From Candidatus Woesearchaeota archaeon (GTDB lineage: Archaea > Nanobdellota > Nanobdellia > Woesearchaeales > GW2011-AR9): a stretch of 64,000 nt of DNA. Below, one piece after another: positions 26,920 to 36,965 of the stretch. How positions within the stretch are numbered: the stretch's first letter is position 1; every line of letters starts with the position of its first letter. The translations under genes were made by a program, and so were the position numbers. The notes below the pieces were generated by a model that did no database searches, was not told where the DNA came from, and saw nothing but the letters and a program-made list of their open reading frames with translations. The stretch spans positions 1-64,000 of the forward strand of contig JABHQW010000008.1 in assembly GCA_018696595.1 (NCBI GenBank). Direction: 5' to 3'.

Positions 26920-27111
26920 TTTAATATTTTAAGTATATTATTTTTATTTATAAAGGTTTTGAAATGAGCCCCCTAAATTACAGAGGAAAAACCATCAGAA
27001 AATATACTTTTTTTGAAAGAAGCGCCAGAAAATGAAAGAATATTAACAAAATTTCTTAATTAGATTGCATTTAACCCAGCAAAAACCAGTGATTTTTTAG
27101 GTTGCTTAACA

Positions 27112-27918
27112 TCAACCAATATAACTCATATCCCTATCTTTTGCTTTCGCACCAGCTTGATTGGAACCCATTGCAGACATCCATTCCTTAGTTTTTTTCT
27201 TCAACTCTTTCTCAACTTCAATAATTTCTTTACTCATTTTCTTCAAATCATAACCAAACTTAAATTTCTTCTCAATAACTTTAAGAATTTCTTGTGCACC
27301 TTTAATCCCCAAATACATTGGATGGCCAAAAGTTTCTGCAAGTAAAGCCACCCCCTTGATATTTCTTTTCATTCCCAATCCAAGAAGGACTCCTGAAACT
27401 CCGACGATCGGACCAACAACACCAAAAATATCTTTCTCAACCAACATTCCTTTCTTCACATATTCTTTGAAAAGTTTTTCATCATTTCCAGTACAATAAA
27501 CTTTTGGTTTCTCTGGCAGAGATTGTAACCCGATGCCACCAGTAGTAATCATTTCTGCACATTTGAAATGTTTAACAATTTTAAGAATCTCTTCACAAAA
27601 AGTGTAACAACTTTCTTCATCAATCGGTTGAATATCACCAACTAAAAGAATTAGGTCTCTTTTGTTTTTATTTTTGAATTGTTTGTAATAAATTTCAACT
27701 TTAGGCATTTCTACTAGATTATTTTCCCCGACAAAAACGGAGTGAGGAAATTTATATGAGAAAAATGAATACAATTTCTTCGCTTTAAACTCCTCTACTA
27801 AAAAATCAACAGCAATCTTACCTACATTACCAATTCCAGGTAAACCTTCTACAAATAAAGGATTATTTAGCTTAGGTAACGTTTTTGTTTCTTGTGTAAC
27901 TTGCCAAGTCGAATTCAT
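27112..27918 (-). CDS. PAC2 family proteasome assembly chaperone
   Basis: EGLPGIGNVGK, GDIQP, TGGIG and GPIVGVSGVLLG motifs. Confidence 0.88.
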   Translation of the reverse strand: MNSTWQVTQETKTLPKLNNPLFVEGLPGIGNVGKIAVDFLVEEFKAKKLYSFFSYKFPHSVFVGENNLVEMPKVEIYYKQFKNKNKRDLILLVGDIQPIDEESCYTFCEEILKIVKHFKCAEMITTGGIGLQSLPEKPKVYCTGNDEKLFKEYVKKGMLVEKDIFGVVGPIVGVSGVLLGLGMKRNIKGVALLAETFGHPMYLGIKGAQEILKVIEKKFKFGYDLKKMSKEIIEVEKELKKKTKEWMSAMGSNQAGAKAKDRDMSYIG

Positions 27919-27962
27919 GGTTCGTTAGAAAGGGTTATTGTTTAAAAATGTTTGTTAAATCC

Positions 27963-28853
27963 TCACTTAAACTCATGCCGAGCAATTTCACGATGTAACT
28001 TAATTCTATCTTTCCAGGTTCTTCCTTTTAAATCAATATTATGTTCTACACAAACACTTGTTCCATTGCCATCTCGTTTTACAATTCCAACATTATAGTA
28101 AATCAAAGGATTCTGAGAACTTACTTCATCAACAAAACTCGAATACTTTCCCTGATAAACACTTTCTAAGAATTCTAAAGTACTAATGGAAGGAAGTACA
28201 TTTGTATAAACAATTGAAGGATCACCAGTTATTAATTGAGGGATGTATCTTAAAAACCTTGGCCCAAACTCATCTCCCAAACACATCTGATTAAAAAAGA
28301 GAATCCCATTTTCAGCTAAGTGATAATCTGCAATTGTTAATTGATTCTTAAACTCCCCTTGTCCATCACTTCCCCCTCGTGCGTGTTGAGGAATCTTTTC
28401 TTCAACAGAACTAGGATAAATATGATAAGGAGGGTACAACCCAATTACTTTTGCACTTCTTTCTGGAACAGAAGATTGACTATACACTCCGTGTTGTACT
28501 TGTAGCTCCAAACCATTTAATATTGCGTTTTTCTTTGCAAAGTCTACGGCTCGTTTACTTTTATCAATAGCTGTAACTCTTGCATTAAAATGTTTAGCCA
28601 TTAACAAACCAAAAACCCCGCTACCACAACCAACGTCTAAAAAATCTACGGTCCCAGTTGCTTCTATTAATGCTTCTTTAACATATGACTTAACAAATTG
28701 CCAAGTAAAAGGCTGTTCTTCATGAAAAATTGCCATAACATTATCATCACACTCATTTCTTTTCCGATCAATTCTATCAACTTGTAACCTCACACTATCT
28801 AATTCAACGTAATCATCGTACATAGTAGGGCTATTTGTTGTAAAGCTTTTCAT
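27963..28853 (-). CDS. Class I SAM-dependent methyltransferase, HemK/PrmC-like
   Basis: LDVGCGSG motif I, LYPPY (NPPY variant), GGSDG. Confidence 0.7.
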   Translation of the reverse strand: MKSFTTNSPTMYDDYVELDSVRLQVDRIDRKRNECDDNVMAIFHEEQPFTWQFVKSYVKEALIEATGTVDFLDVGCGSGVFGLLMAKHFNARVTAIDKSKRAVDFAKKNAILNGLELQVQHGVYSQSSVPERSAKVIGLYPPYHIYPSSVEEKIPQHARGGSDGQGEFKNQLTIADYHLAENGILFFNQMCLGDEFGPRFLRYIPQLITGDPSIVYTNVLPSISTLEFLESVYQGKYSSFVDEVSSQNPLIYYNVGIVKRDGNGTSVCVEHNIDLKGRTWKDRIKLHREIARHEFK

Positions 28854-28859
28854 TTTAAA

Positions 28860-29552
28860 CTAAAATTCTTTTTTAAAAAAACCACCAACATTGTAACCTA
28901 ATTCCCCATCATCACCAATTTGAATTAGATCCCCAGCAGCACCAAACTGGTAATCACCCACACCTAAACCCAGTCTTAATCTTTCAACACTAAAGTTATG
29001 TCCTAGTTCTCCAAAGTTAGTGACCGTTTCTATCTGTGTGATCAATTTCAAAGCATCACTTAATTTTGGTGTGTATTGCATTAAAGTAATGATTTCTCCA
29101 GTAGGATTTTCATCAACATTCACAGTTCCTAAAGCAAACAGACTAAAATCATTCCACTTACTAAAATATTGAACACCAGGTCGAGCAACAAAACCATCCG
29201 TTGGTGTAAATTGCATTTCTACTACAACATCCAAGCCACCAATTAGATGATATGATAAATCCACTAAAGTAAATGGGGCAAGATTATTTTCATAATCTGT
29301 TGTTAACCTAGTTCTTGCTAGAAGATTAGTTTTGGGAGCCAATTCTCCAAATAGTTTTGCATCTAAAGTAACTGCTTCATTACCTGCCATTAACTCTACA
29401 GAACCTCCTGCTGTTGCTGGTGTTGGGCTTAATGCCATTATTGCAGCCATTGCTGCTGTTGCTAATCCTTTTGGATTAATTTCTGTGGTTAGTGCATTTC
29501 CAACATATGGGATTTTACTAACTGTATCATTTAATTTTTTTCTTATATTCAT
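28860..29552 (-). CDS. Secreted protein with outer-membrane beta-barrel-like pattern
   Basis: Likely start MNIRKK at 29552 (GGAGGG SD). Signal-like AAMAAIMALSPTPATA, repeated alternating amphipathic strands, and a terminal YNVGGFFKKEF ending in Phe. Confidence 0.5.
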   Translation of the reverse strand: MNIRKKLNDTVSKIPYVGNALTTEINPKGLATAAMAAIMALSPTPATAGGSVELMAGNEAVTLDAKLFGELAPKTNLLARTRLTTDYENNLAPFTLVDLSYHLIGGLDVVVEMQFTPTDGFVARPGVQYFSKWNDFSLFALGTVNVDENPTGEIITLMQYTPKLSDALKLITQIETVTNFGELGHNFSVERLRLGLGVGDYQFGAAGDLIQIGDDGELGYNVGGFFKKEF

Positions 29553-29611
29553 TTTTAGTTCCCTCCGTCTTACTACATAATAGTCACAACAGAGAAACAT
29601 TTAAATACTCG

Positions 29612-29631
29612 CTACTATAGAAAGATAGTAG
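29612..29631. promoter_or_regulatory. Perfect palindrome CTACTAT-N6-ATAGTAG between the TATA box and start of TrmB (probable autoregulatory operator)
   Basis: TATA-like ATTTAAATA at 29599-29607; ATG at 29633. Confidence 0.6.
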
Positions 29632-29632
29632 G

Positions 29633-30391
29633 ATGGACAAGATACAACAGATATTAAGTAAGATTGGTTTAACAAAACAAGAGTCAAAAGTATATTTGTC
29701 TCTTTTAGAATTACAAGAAGCCCAGACTGGAAAATTGTGTAAGTTCACAAAAATTGCCAGCTCAAACATTTACAAGATATTAGAATCATTAATGGAAAAA
29801 GGATTAACACATTATCGTCTCCAAAATAACATCAAGGTTTTTATGCCTGCCCCCCCGGAATCATTAAATGAATTATTTCTACAAAAACAGAAAAAGTTAG
29901 ATGAAGAAAGAAAAGAAGTCAATAAATTAATTTCTAATTTAAAAAAAATCGAGGTTAAGAAAGAACCACATTCCAATTACAAATATTATGAAGGTTTGAT
30001 TGGATTAAAATCTATGTGGCATGAAATTAATTCTAACATAATCAAAGATACTAAATTGTATTATTACACCGCCAAAAAAGAAAGTTATGAACGGTTTGTA
30101 GGGTTTTTTACTGAACACCACAAAATTAGAACTAAAAAACAAGCAACTGGAAAAATGATTTTTCCTGAAGAAGATAGAAAATTAGCGAAAGAAAGAAAAA
30201 AAGCAGACAAAAGATTTGAGGCTAAATTTATAAATCTCAAAAATGATGCTGAATGGGGCATTATTGGTGATTTATTTTACATACAATACATTACTGGAAA
30301 GAACCCGCGAGGATTTCTAATTAAAGACAAAACTTTTGCAGATACATTTAAGCAAGTTTTCAAACAAATTTGGAAAGAAGCAAATAGATAA
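29633..30391 (+). CDS. TrmB family transcriptional regulator
   Basis: IGLTKQESKVYLSLL...SSNIYKILESLMEKGL wHTH. Confidence 0.85.
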   Translation: MDKIQQILSKIGLTKQESKVYLSLLELQEAQTGKLCKFTKIASSNIYKILESLMEKGLTHYRLQNNIKVFMPAPPESLNELFLQKQKKLDEERKEVNKLISNLKKIEVKKEPHSNYKYYEGLIGLKSMWHEINSNIIKDTKLYYYTAKKESYERFVGFFTEHHKIRTKKQATGKMIFPEEDRKLAKERKKADKRFEAKFINLKNDAEWGIIGDLFYIQYITGKNPRGFLIKDKTFADTFKQVFKQIWKEANR

Positions 30392-30396
30392 TTAAC

Positions 30397-30574
30397 TGCG
30401 GGGGACGAGACTTTCAAAAAAGTTGCACTTTTTTTAAATCATTAAGTACAACTTAATACTTGAACTCGCGCATCCACTAAGGAACAAGGCGTTTGCAACG
30501 TTAGGCGCGAGCCCCAGAAATCTATGATTTCTCGTGCCTCAACCTTGCGCATTTGACCACTCTGCCACCCCCGC
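30397..30574 (-). tRNA. tRNA-Leu(GAG) with two introns (37/38: 30491-30536; T-loop 59/60: 30411-30458)
   Basis: GCGGGGG/CCCCCGC-A acceptor region, D-loop AGTGGTCAAA, anticodon stem CAAGG/CCTTG with TT-GAG-G, long variable arm, T-arm GCGAG-TTCAAGT-CTCGT after splicing. Mature length 84 nt; CCA not encoded. Confidence 0.9.
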
Positions 30575-30602
30575 ATAAAAGGTAAAAAGAATAATTTCTT
30601 TA

Positions 30603-31178
30603 TTAAACTTTTTCTACAATTGAAACAATTTTAGTATGAACATCTTCTTTACTCAAAGAGCCATCAACAATAACACAGTCTTTAAAATTAGAATATGCTT
30701 GCTTCAAAGACTTTGCATAATCTCCAATTATAAAATCAATGAATTTGTCGTCTTGTTTTTCTAAGATTATTTCTTGTCTTTCTTTAGCAACTTCTAAATC
30801 AACAAGTAAACAAATAACTTTGTCAACATCTTCATTATATTCAGAGAAAGTAGTCATTAATTGATTAGCCCTCTCCTGAACAATATGTCCTTGGGTTCTT
30901 TCTGCTTCAATCCAAACTTTAAAATCTATCCAACCTCGTTCAATAATAATATAATCCACTTTATCTTTATGCTCAAAGTATTGATCTAAAGCTTTAGCTG
31001 CAAAAACTAGTTTGTAACCAACAATCTCTGTAAAAGGAATCTTTAAATCTTCTGCTCTTTCCCGATCATAAATTATTGCAACAGAGTATCCTTTACTTTT
31101 AAGAGAATTTTCAAGAAGTTCAACTTGGGTGCTTTTACCTGCTCGTCCCAATCCAATTATTTCAATAACCTTTGTCAT
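30603..31178 (-). CDS. tmk: Thymidylate kinase family protein
   Basis: P-loop GLGRAGKST, IIIERG, and C-terminal VDGSLSKEDVH. Confidence 0.7.
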   Translation of the reverse strand: MTKVIEIIGLGRAGKSTQVELLENSLKSKGYSVAIIYDRERAEDLKIPFTEIVGYKLVFAAKALDQYFEHKDKVDYIIIERGWIDFKVWIEAERTQGHIVQERANQLMTTFSEYNEDVDKVICLLVDLEVAKERQEIILEKQDDKFIDFIIGDYAKSLKQAYSNFKDCVIVDGSLSKEDVHTKIVSIVEKV

Positions 31179-31438
31179 TCTTCGTTCATTACTGCTTCAC
31201 AACTTCCAGAAACACATTTAATTTGTCCCTGCCCACAATCAATTGTACCAGGAGTACATTCTAAAGTGCAAAGTTGTCCAGCACAATCAGGAGCAAACTC
31301 CTTATTAACTGCATCCGCCGCATGACAACACTTTGCTTTGAAACAATCTTCATCCACAGAACAAACTTTTTCTGCTGGAACACAAGATATTAAAAATAAG
31401 ACCCCCAATAACATAAACAATAAAATAATCTTCTTCAT
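31175..31438 (-). CDS. Small Cys-rich lipoprotein
   Basis: Lipobox FLISC followed by C..D.DC...CC...C....C..C......C......C....C. Confidence 0.7.
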   Translation of the reverse strand: MKKIILLFMLLGVLFLISCVPAEKVCSVDEDCFKAKCCHAADAVNKEFAPDCAGQLCTLECTPGTIDCGQGQIKCVSGSCEAVMNEE

Positions 31439-32737
31439 TCAAATCCCCCCAATAAAATCTTTTTCAAAACTAATCTGTTCATTAATCTCTCCACGTAAAT
31501 TCTTTGCCATCAACTCTTTAGCCTCACTAATCGGATAATTTCCAAGTAACCAAGACAATTTAATAAAAGCAGTTTCAGGTAACATATCTCCACAAAAGAT
31601 ACAACCAATCTCAGACAATCTTCTTAAGTTAGTATAAACATAAGGGTGTACTGCTCCAAATAAACATTGAGAAGTTATAGCAACAACCCCTCCCTTTTTA
31701 ATAAAATGTTTCAAAGCTTCGTAATTCTTAAGATTAATTCCCACATTAGTAGGGGCATGTCCTAAACCCGTCCCTTCAATTACAAACGCCTTGTAATTCT
31801 CTGTAAAGAATTTAAACAATTGTGAACCAATACCCGGATGAACTTTTAACAAACCAACATTCTTTGAGAACTTTTCTTTAAGAATAGTCTCTTTATCTTT
31901 TGATTTTGTAGTATAATCATTTTTCAAAAACTTAACTTTTCTTTTATTATAATCCACTAAAGCAATCGGCGAATCATTTATTGCTTTAAACGCATCTCTT
32001 CTACTAGTATGCATTTTTCTTGTTTTTGTTGCAGGAAGAATCGCACAATAATCATCATTAGAAGAATTATGCATACAAATTGCTACACCAGCAAATTTAG
32101 TTTTTGTAATAAATTCTGCTGCGCAGATTAGATTTTGAGTTGCATCAGTACTTCCCCGATCAGAACTTCTTTGAGAACCAACAACCAACACAGGAATATT
32201 TATTTTTTCCAACATAAAAGATAAAGCAGCAGCAGTATATCCTAAAGTGTCTGTGCCATGCCCAACAATAATCCCTGCAATATTTTTCTTTGCATGTTTT
32301 TTAATTGCTTCAGCAATTTTCTGATAATTGCCAAACATCATATCTTCCGACATCATGTTAGAAACTAATTCCGTTTCAATGTTGGCAACCTCATTTAATT
32401 CAGGAAACATCTCAAGCAAATCTTCAGCAGTAAATTTAGCAGAAACAGCCCCGGTTTTATAATCAACTTTACTAGCAATAGTTCCACCGGTATGTAAAAT
32501 AACAATAGTTTTCTTTTTTTTATCAAAATTCTTTTCTTCTTTTTTAATTTCAGTTTCTTTTCTCTTTTCAATCAATTTGATACTGAGAATATCTTTTCTT
32601 TCAAAACCAAGGTTATAACCATTATCTAACTTAATAATAACCGCCTTCTCATCAGGATCAGGCATCAAGATACCTTGTTCTGTTTGTGCATGAGTTTTAA
32701 TCTCTACTAAGTCACCAGGTTGAGTCATGATTAACAA
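31439..32737 (-). CDS. gatD: Glutamyl-tRNA(Gln) amidotransferase subunit D
   Basis: IKLDNGYNLG N-domain, TGGTIAS, GHGTDT, GSQRSSDRGS, KMHTSRRDAF, DMLPETA. Confidence 0.95.
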   Translation of the reverse strand: MLIMTQPGDLVEIKTHAQTEQGILMPDPDEKAVIIKLDNGYNLGFERKDILSIKLIEKRKETEIKKEEKNFDKKKKTIVILHTGGTIASKVDYKTGAVSAKFTAEDLLEMFPELNEVANIETELVSNMMSEDMMFGNYQKIAEAIKKHAKKNIAGIIVGHGTDTLGYTAAALSFMLEKINIPVLVVGSQRSSDRGSTDATQNLICAAEFITKTKFAGVAICMHNSSNDDYCAILPATKTRKMHTSRRDAFKAINDSPIALVDYNKRKVKFLKNDYTTKSKDKETILKEKFSKNVGLLKVHPGIGSQLFKFFTENYKAFVIEGTGLGHAPTNVGINLKNYEALKHFIKKGGVVAITSQCLFGAVHPYVYTNLRRLSEIGCIFCGDMLPETAFIKLSWLLGNYPISEAKELMAKNLRGEINEQISFEKDFIGGI

Positions 32738-32776
32738 GAAATAAACTGAGTTTATATATTTTGTTAAAAAATATAA

Positions 32777-33085
32777 TTAAAGACCGGACAATTTAGATTC
32801 CAACAAATCATAAGCTTCAGGAGAACAAGTGTCTTTTAGTCCATCCAATATAGTTTGAACCTTCTTTTTCCTTCCCGATCTCTCTTCTTCAGCTTTTACT
32901 CCCGCAACATATTGATGATATGTCTTTAAGTCATCAATAGAAATAATTTGAGGTAAAGAATCCATTAAAGCATTATATTGTCTTGCCACGCCAGGAGAAC
33001 GATCTAATTCTTTAGCACTTTGAGGCATCGTTCTTTCTAAAACAGCAATTCTTTCTAAAGTGTCGTATAATTCTTTTGGGTTCAT
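32777..33085 (-). CDS. Hypothetical helical protein
   Basis: Clean 102-aa ORF in gene-sized gap; no motif recognised. Confidence 0.6.
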   Translation of the reverse strand: MNPKELYDTLERIAVLERTMPQSAKELDRSPGVARQYNALMDSLPQIISIDDLKTYHQYVAGVKAEEERSGRKKKVQTILDGLKDTCSPEAYDLLESKLSGL

Positions 33086-33231
33086 AAGGATTTAAGACCA
33101 TTTGTAGTTTAATAGTATTTTGTAATTAGAAAATATATTTACAATGATACTGATGTGAAATCTAAAACAACAATCTATTTAAATAAACCTAATAGATTAA
33201 TACAAATATCTAAACAAGAGGTAAACATAAA

Positions 33232-34641
33232 ATGGAAAATGAAAATAACGATTATAAAATTAAAGATATATCCCTAGCAGAATGGGGCAAGAAAGAAATT
33301 AAAATTGCAGAAAAAGAAATGCCTGGTTTAATGGCAGTTAGAGAAAAATATAAAGAAACTAAACCGCTCCAGGGTTCTAGAATCATGGGCAGTTTACATA
33401 TGACAATTCAAACTGCTGTTCTGATTGAAACACTAAAAGACTTAGGAGCAGAAGTTAGATGGGCTTCTTGTAATATTTTTTCAACTCAAGATCATGCTGC
33501 AGCAGCAATTGCAGCAACAGGAACACCAGTATTTGCTTGGAAAGGTGAATCTCTTAAAGAGTATTGGTGGTGTACAAAACAAGCTCTTGACTTTGCAGGC
33601 AAAGGACCAACAATAATTGTTGATGATGGCGGAGATGCCACGATGATGATTCATAAAGGAGTAGAAATTGAAAAAGATCAAAGTATCCTAGAACGAGACT
33701 TCTCTGGAGAAGGAGAAGATTTCAAAGAATTAATGATTTCATTAAAAGAAACATACCAAGAGGATAATCAACGTTGGACTAATGTTGCCAGAGAAGTTAA
33801 AGGCGTATCTGAAGAAACAACAACTGGAGTACACAGATTATATCAAATGGCTAAAGAGAACAAACTTTTATTCCCAGCAATTAACGTTAATGATTCTGTA
33901 ACAAAATCAAAATTTGATAACCTTTACGGATGTAGAGAATCATTAGTAGATGGAATTAAAAGAGCAACAGATGTAATGTTAGCGGGAAAAGTTGCTATCG
34001 TTGCAGGTTATGGAGATGTGGGAAAAGGTTGTTGTCAATCTTTGAAAGGTTATGGCTGCCGAGTTATTGTAACTGAAATTGATCCAATCAATGCCTTGCA
34101 AGCAGCAATGGAAGGTTACGAAGTTAAGAAAATGGATGACGCTGCAAAAGAAGGCGATCTCTTTGTAACAACAACAGGAAATTATCATGTTATTGTAGAT
34201 CGACATTTTCAGATGATGAAAGACCAAGCTATTGTTTGTAATATTGGACATTTTGATAATGAAATTGATATGGACTGGTTAGATAACAAATCAGGAGCAA
34301 CAAAAGAAAACATTAAACCACAATACGACAAATATACTTTGAATGGAAAAGAGATTTATATTCTTGCAGAAGGACGTTTAATTAATTTAGGTTGTGCTAC
34401 CGGACATCCAAGTTTTGTTATGTCAAATAGTTTTACTAATCAAGTTTTAGCGCAAATAGAATTGTGGACAAAAGAACATCAGATTGGTGTAACAGTTCTG
34501 CCAAAAGAATTAGACGAAGAAGTTGCTAGGTTACATCTAAAAAAGATTGGGGTAGAACTTGATGTAATGACCGAAGAACAATCTAAATATTTAGACGTTC
34601 CTAAAAAAGGACCGTATAAATCAGACCATTATCGGTATTAA
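33232..34641 (+). CDS. ahcY: Adenosylhomocysteinase (SAH hydrolase)
   Basis: [39 protein letters not shown] and GHPSFVMS motifs; includes the bacterial-type insertion. Confidence 0.97.
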   Translation: MENENNDYKIKDISLAEWGKKEIKIAEKEMPGLMAVREKYKETKPLQGSRIMGSLHMTIQTAVLIETLKDLGAEVRWASCNIFSTQDHAAAAIAATGTPVFAWKGESLKEYWWCTKQALDFAGKGPTIIVDDGGDATMMIHKGVEIEKDQSILERDFSGEGEDFKELMISLKETYQEDNQRWTNVAREVKGVSEETTTGVHRLYQMAKENKLLFPAINVNDSVTKSKFDNLYGCRESLVDGIKRATDVMLAGKVAIVAGYGDVGKGCCQSLKGYGCRVIVTEIDPINALQAAMEGYEVKKMDDAAKEGDLFVTTTGNYHVIVDRHFQMMKDQAIVCNIGHFDNEIDMDWLDNKSGATKENIKPQYDKYTLNGKEIYILAEGRLINLGCATGHPSFVMSNSFTNQVLAQIELWTKEHQIGVTVLPKELDEEVARLHLKKIGVELDVMTEEQSKYLDVPKKGPYKSDHYRY

Positions 34642-34643
34642 AG

Positions 34644-35636
34644 ATGAAACAATACGATGTAATTGGTTTAGGAAATACTTTAATGGATTTCTTAATAGAA
34701 GTGGATGATGATAAACTAATTGAATTTGATTTAAAGAAAGGAGAGATGCATCTTGTTGATGAAGAGAAAGCCAAATTGGTTTTAGAAAAGATTAATCAAC
34801 ATCAGTTAGAAATTGAAACAATTCCGGGTGGAAGTTCTGCCAACACTTTGAAAGGAATTGCTCTTCTGGGAGGAAAAGCTATTCTCTGCGGAAAAGTTGG
34901 TGATGATCCGCATGGAGAAGTTTATGTTCAACAAATAGAAAATCATGGCGTTTCTTCAAGAATTAATAAACACCAAAATATTACTGGACACGCAGTAACA
35001 TTTATCACTCCCGATTCTGAAAGAACTTTTTCTGTCCATCTTGGAGCAGCTTTAGAATTGTACAAAGAAGACATCTTAGAAGAAGACATAAAACAAAGTA
35101 AAGTATTACATTTAGAAGGTTACCAAATTGAAGGGCCAACAAAAGAGACTATTATGCACGCCATTGAGTTGGCTAAAAAACATAACACTTTGGTTTCAAT
35201 TGATTTAGCAGACCCTGGTTTGATTAGAAGAAATAAAGAATTTTTGAAAGATTTAGTGATGAATCACGCAGATATTGTTTTTGTTAACGAAAAAGAAGCG
35301 GAAGAATTTACTGGTTTACCTCCAGAAGAAGCACTGAATGAAATTGCCAAACATACAAAAGTTGCTGTAGTTAAATTAGGAAAAAAAGGTTCTTTAATTA
35401 GTGCAGACGGAATTATTACAATGATTGATGCCCATTTAGTAGAAGCAGTTGACACAACTGGCGCAGGAGATTCTTATGCTGCTGGTTTCTTATATGGATA
35501 CACTAACGGGTTAAACATGGAACAATCTGGGAAGTTAGGTTCATTATTAGCAGCAAAAGTTGTGCAAGAGAAAGGTGTAGGATTCAAAGATATTAATGTG
35601 AATGAATTAAAGCAAATGGTGAATAACAATGACTAA
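34644..35636 (+). CDS. PfkB family kinase, adenosine kinase-like
   Basis: [17 protein letters not shown] and [12 protein letters not shown] motifs; operonic with ahcY. Confidence 0.85.
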   Translation: MKQYDVIGLGNTLMDFLIEVDDDKLIEFDLKKGEMHLVDEEKAKLVLEKINQHQLEIETIPGGSSANTLKGIALLGGKAILCGKVGDDPHGEVYVQQIENHGVSSRINKHQNITGHAVTFITPDSERTFSVHLGAALELYKEDILEEDIKQSKVLHLEGYQIEGPTKETIMHAIELAKKHNTLVSIDLADPGLIRRNKEFLKDLVMNHADIVFVNEKEAEEFTGLPPEEALNEIAKHTKVAVVKLGKKGSLISADGIITMIDAHLVEAVDTTGAGDSYAAGFLYGYTNGLNMEQSGKLGSLLAAKVVQEKGVGFKDINVNELKQMVNNND

Positions 35637-36963
35637 AATCGGAATCATTGGTGGATCTGGATTAGACAATCCAGAGATTTTACAGGAAGCCCAAGATAAA
35701 GAAGTTGAAACAAAATATGGAAAACCAAGTTCACCATTAAAAGTGGGAAAGATTAATGGTGCTGATGTTGTTTTGTTAGCAAGACATGGAAGAAAACACG
35801 AAATCCCACCAACACAAGTTAATAATCAAGCCAATATTCAATCGTTGAAAGATGAAGGGTGCACACACATTTTAGCCACAACAGCATGCGGTAGTTTAAG
35901 AGAAGAGATTGGAAGAGGAGACTTTGTTATTTTAGACCAATTCATTGATTTTACAAGACATAGAAAAATTACATTTCATGAAGAATTTGTTAATGGAGAA
36001 ATTAAGCATACACCAATGGCCAAACCATTTAACAATAAGTTAAGAAAAGTATTAAACAAAACTGCAACAGATCTTGGATTAAAATGTCACAGTAAAGGCA
36101 CAGTGATTACAATTGAAGGCCCAAGATTTTCTACAAAAGCTGAATCGCATATGTTTAGATCATGGAATGCAGATGTTATTAACATGAGCATTGCACCAGA
36201 AGTTATCCTAGCTAATGAAATAGGAATCCCTTATGCAGCGGTTGCAATGTCCACAGATTATGATTGTTGGAAAGAAGAAGAGGAAGCTGTTACTTGGGAA
36301 GCTGTTCTAAAAGTATTTAAAGAAAATGTTAGTAAAGTAATGGAGTTATTAGTTAATGCAATACAAAAAATAAACTTTTGCCCAGGATTCCAATCAGGAG
36401 ATTGTTGTTCAACCACTATTGAAGAAGAGGAAGAAGAAACTTTTGATTTAAAATCAACCATAAGAACAATCCCTAACTGGCCTAAAGAAGGAATCATGTT
36501 CCGTGATATTACAACACTAATTGAAAACCCAAAAGCATTTTCTTATTGTATTGAAAAGTTTAAAGAGAAATATTCTGATTGTCAAATTGATAAAATTGCT
36601 GGTATTGAAGCCAGAGGGTTTATTTTCGGTGCCGCTTTAGCAAAAGATTTAGGATTACCTTTTGTTTTAATTCGAAAGAAGGGAAAATTACCAGGAGAAG
36701 TTGTTTCTCAAGAATATGAGTTAGAATATGGGACAGATAAAATTGAAATGCATATTGATTCTATTTCTGCTGGAGAAAAAGTTTTACTAATTGACGATTT
36801 ACTTGCTACTGGTGGAACTGCAAAAGCTTCTTGTCAACTAATTGAAAAAGTAGGTGGTAAAATTGTCAACATTGCTTTTGTTATCGATCTTCCAGATTTA
36901 AAAGGTGCAGAGAAACTCAAGAATTATAATTTATTTAAGTTAGTTAATTTTGAAGGAGAATAA
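35629..36963 (+). CDS. mtnP-apt: Fused methylthioadenosine phosphorylase (MtnP) and adenine phosphoribosyltransferase (Apt)
   Basis: N-half GIIGGSG, EGPRFST, MSTDYD. C-half [36 protein letters not shown]. One continuous ORF. Confidence 0.92.
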   Translation: MTKIGIIGGSGLDNPEILQEAQDKEVETKYGKPSSPLKVGKINGADVVLLARHGRKHEIPPTQVNNQANIQSLKDEGCTHILATTACGSLREEIGRGDFVILDQFIDFTRHRKITFHEEFVNGEIKHTPMAKPFNNKLRKVLNKTATDLGLKCHSKGTVITIEGPRFSTKAESHMFRSWNADVINMSIAPEVILANEIGIPYAAVAMSTDYDCWKEEEEAVTWEAVLKVFKENVSKVMELLVNAIQKINFCPGFQSGDCCSTTIEEEEEETFDLKSTIRTIPNWPKEGIMFRDITTLIENPKAFSYCIEKFKEKYSDCQIDKIAGIEARGFIFGAALAKDLGLPFVLIRKKGKLPGEVVSQEYELEYGTDKIEMHIDSISAGEKVLLIDDLLATGGTAKASCQLIEKVGGKIVNIAFVIDLPDLKGAEKLKNYNLFKLVNFEGE

Positions 36964-36965
36964 AT

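Noticed and set aside
26920-27111. Intergenic gap between PAC2 and the pilin locus as a hidden gene or RNA
   Set aside because: Only a 13-aa ORF and AT-rich promoter/terminator-like sequence; no convincing structure.
30397-30420. tRNA 3' end as an att site of an integrated element
   Set aside because: No duplicate of the tRNA 3' sequence and no integrase seen in the window.
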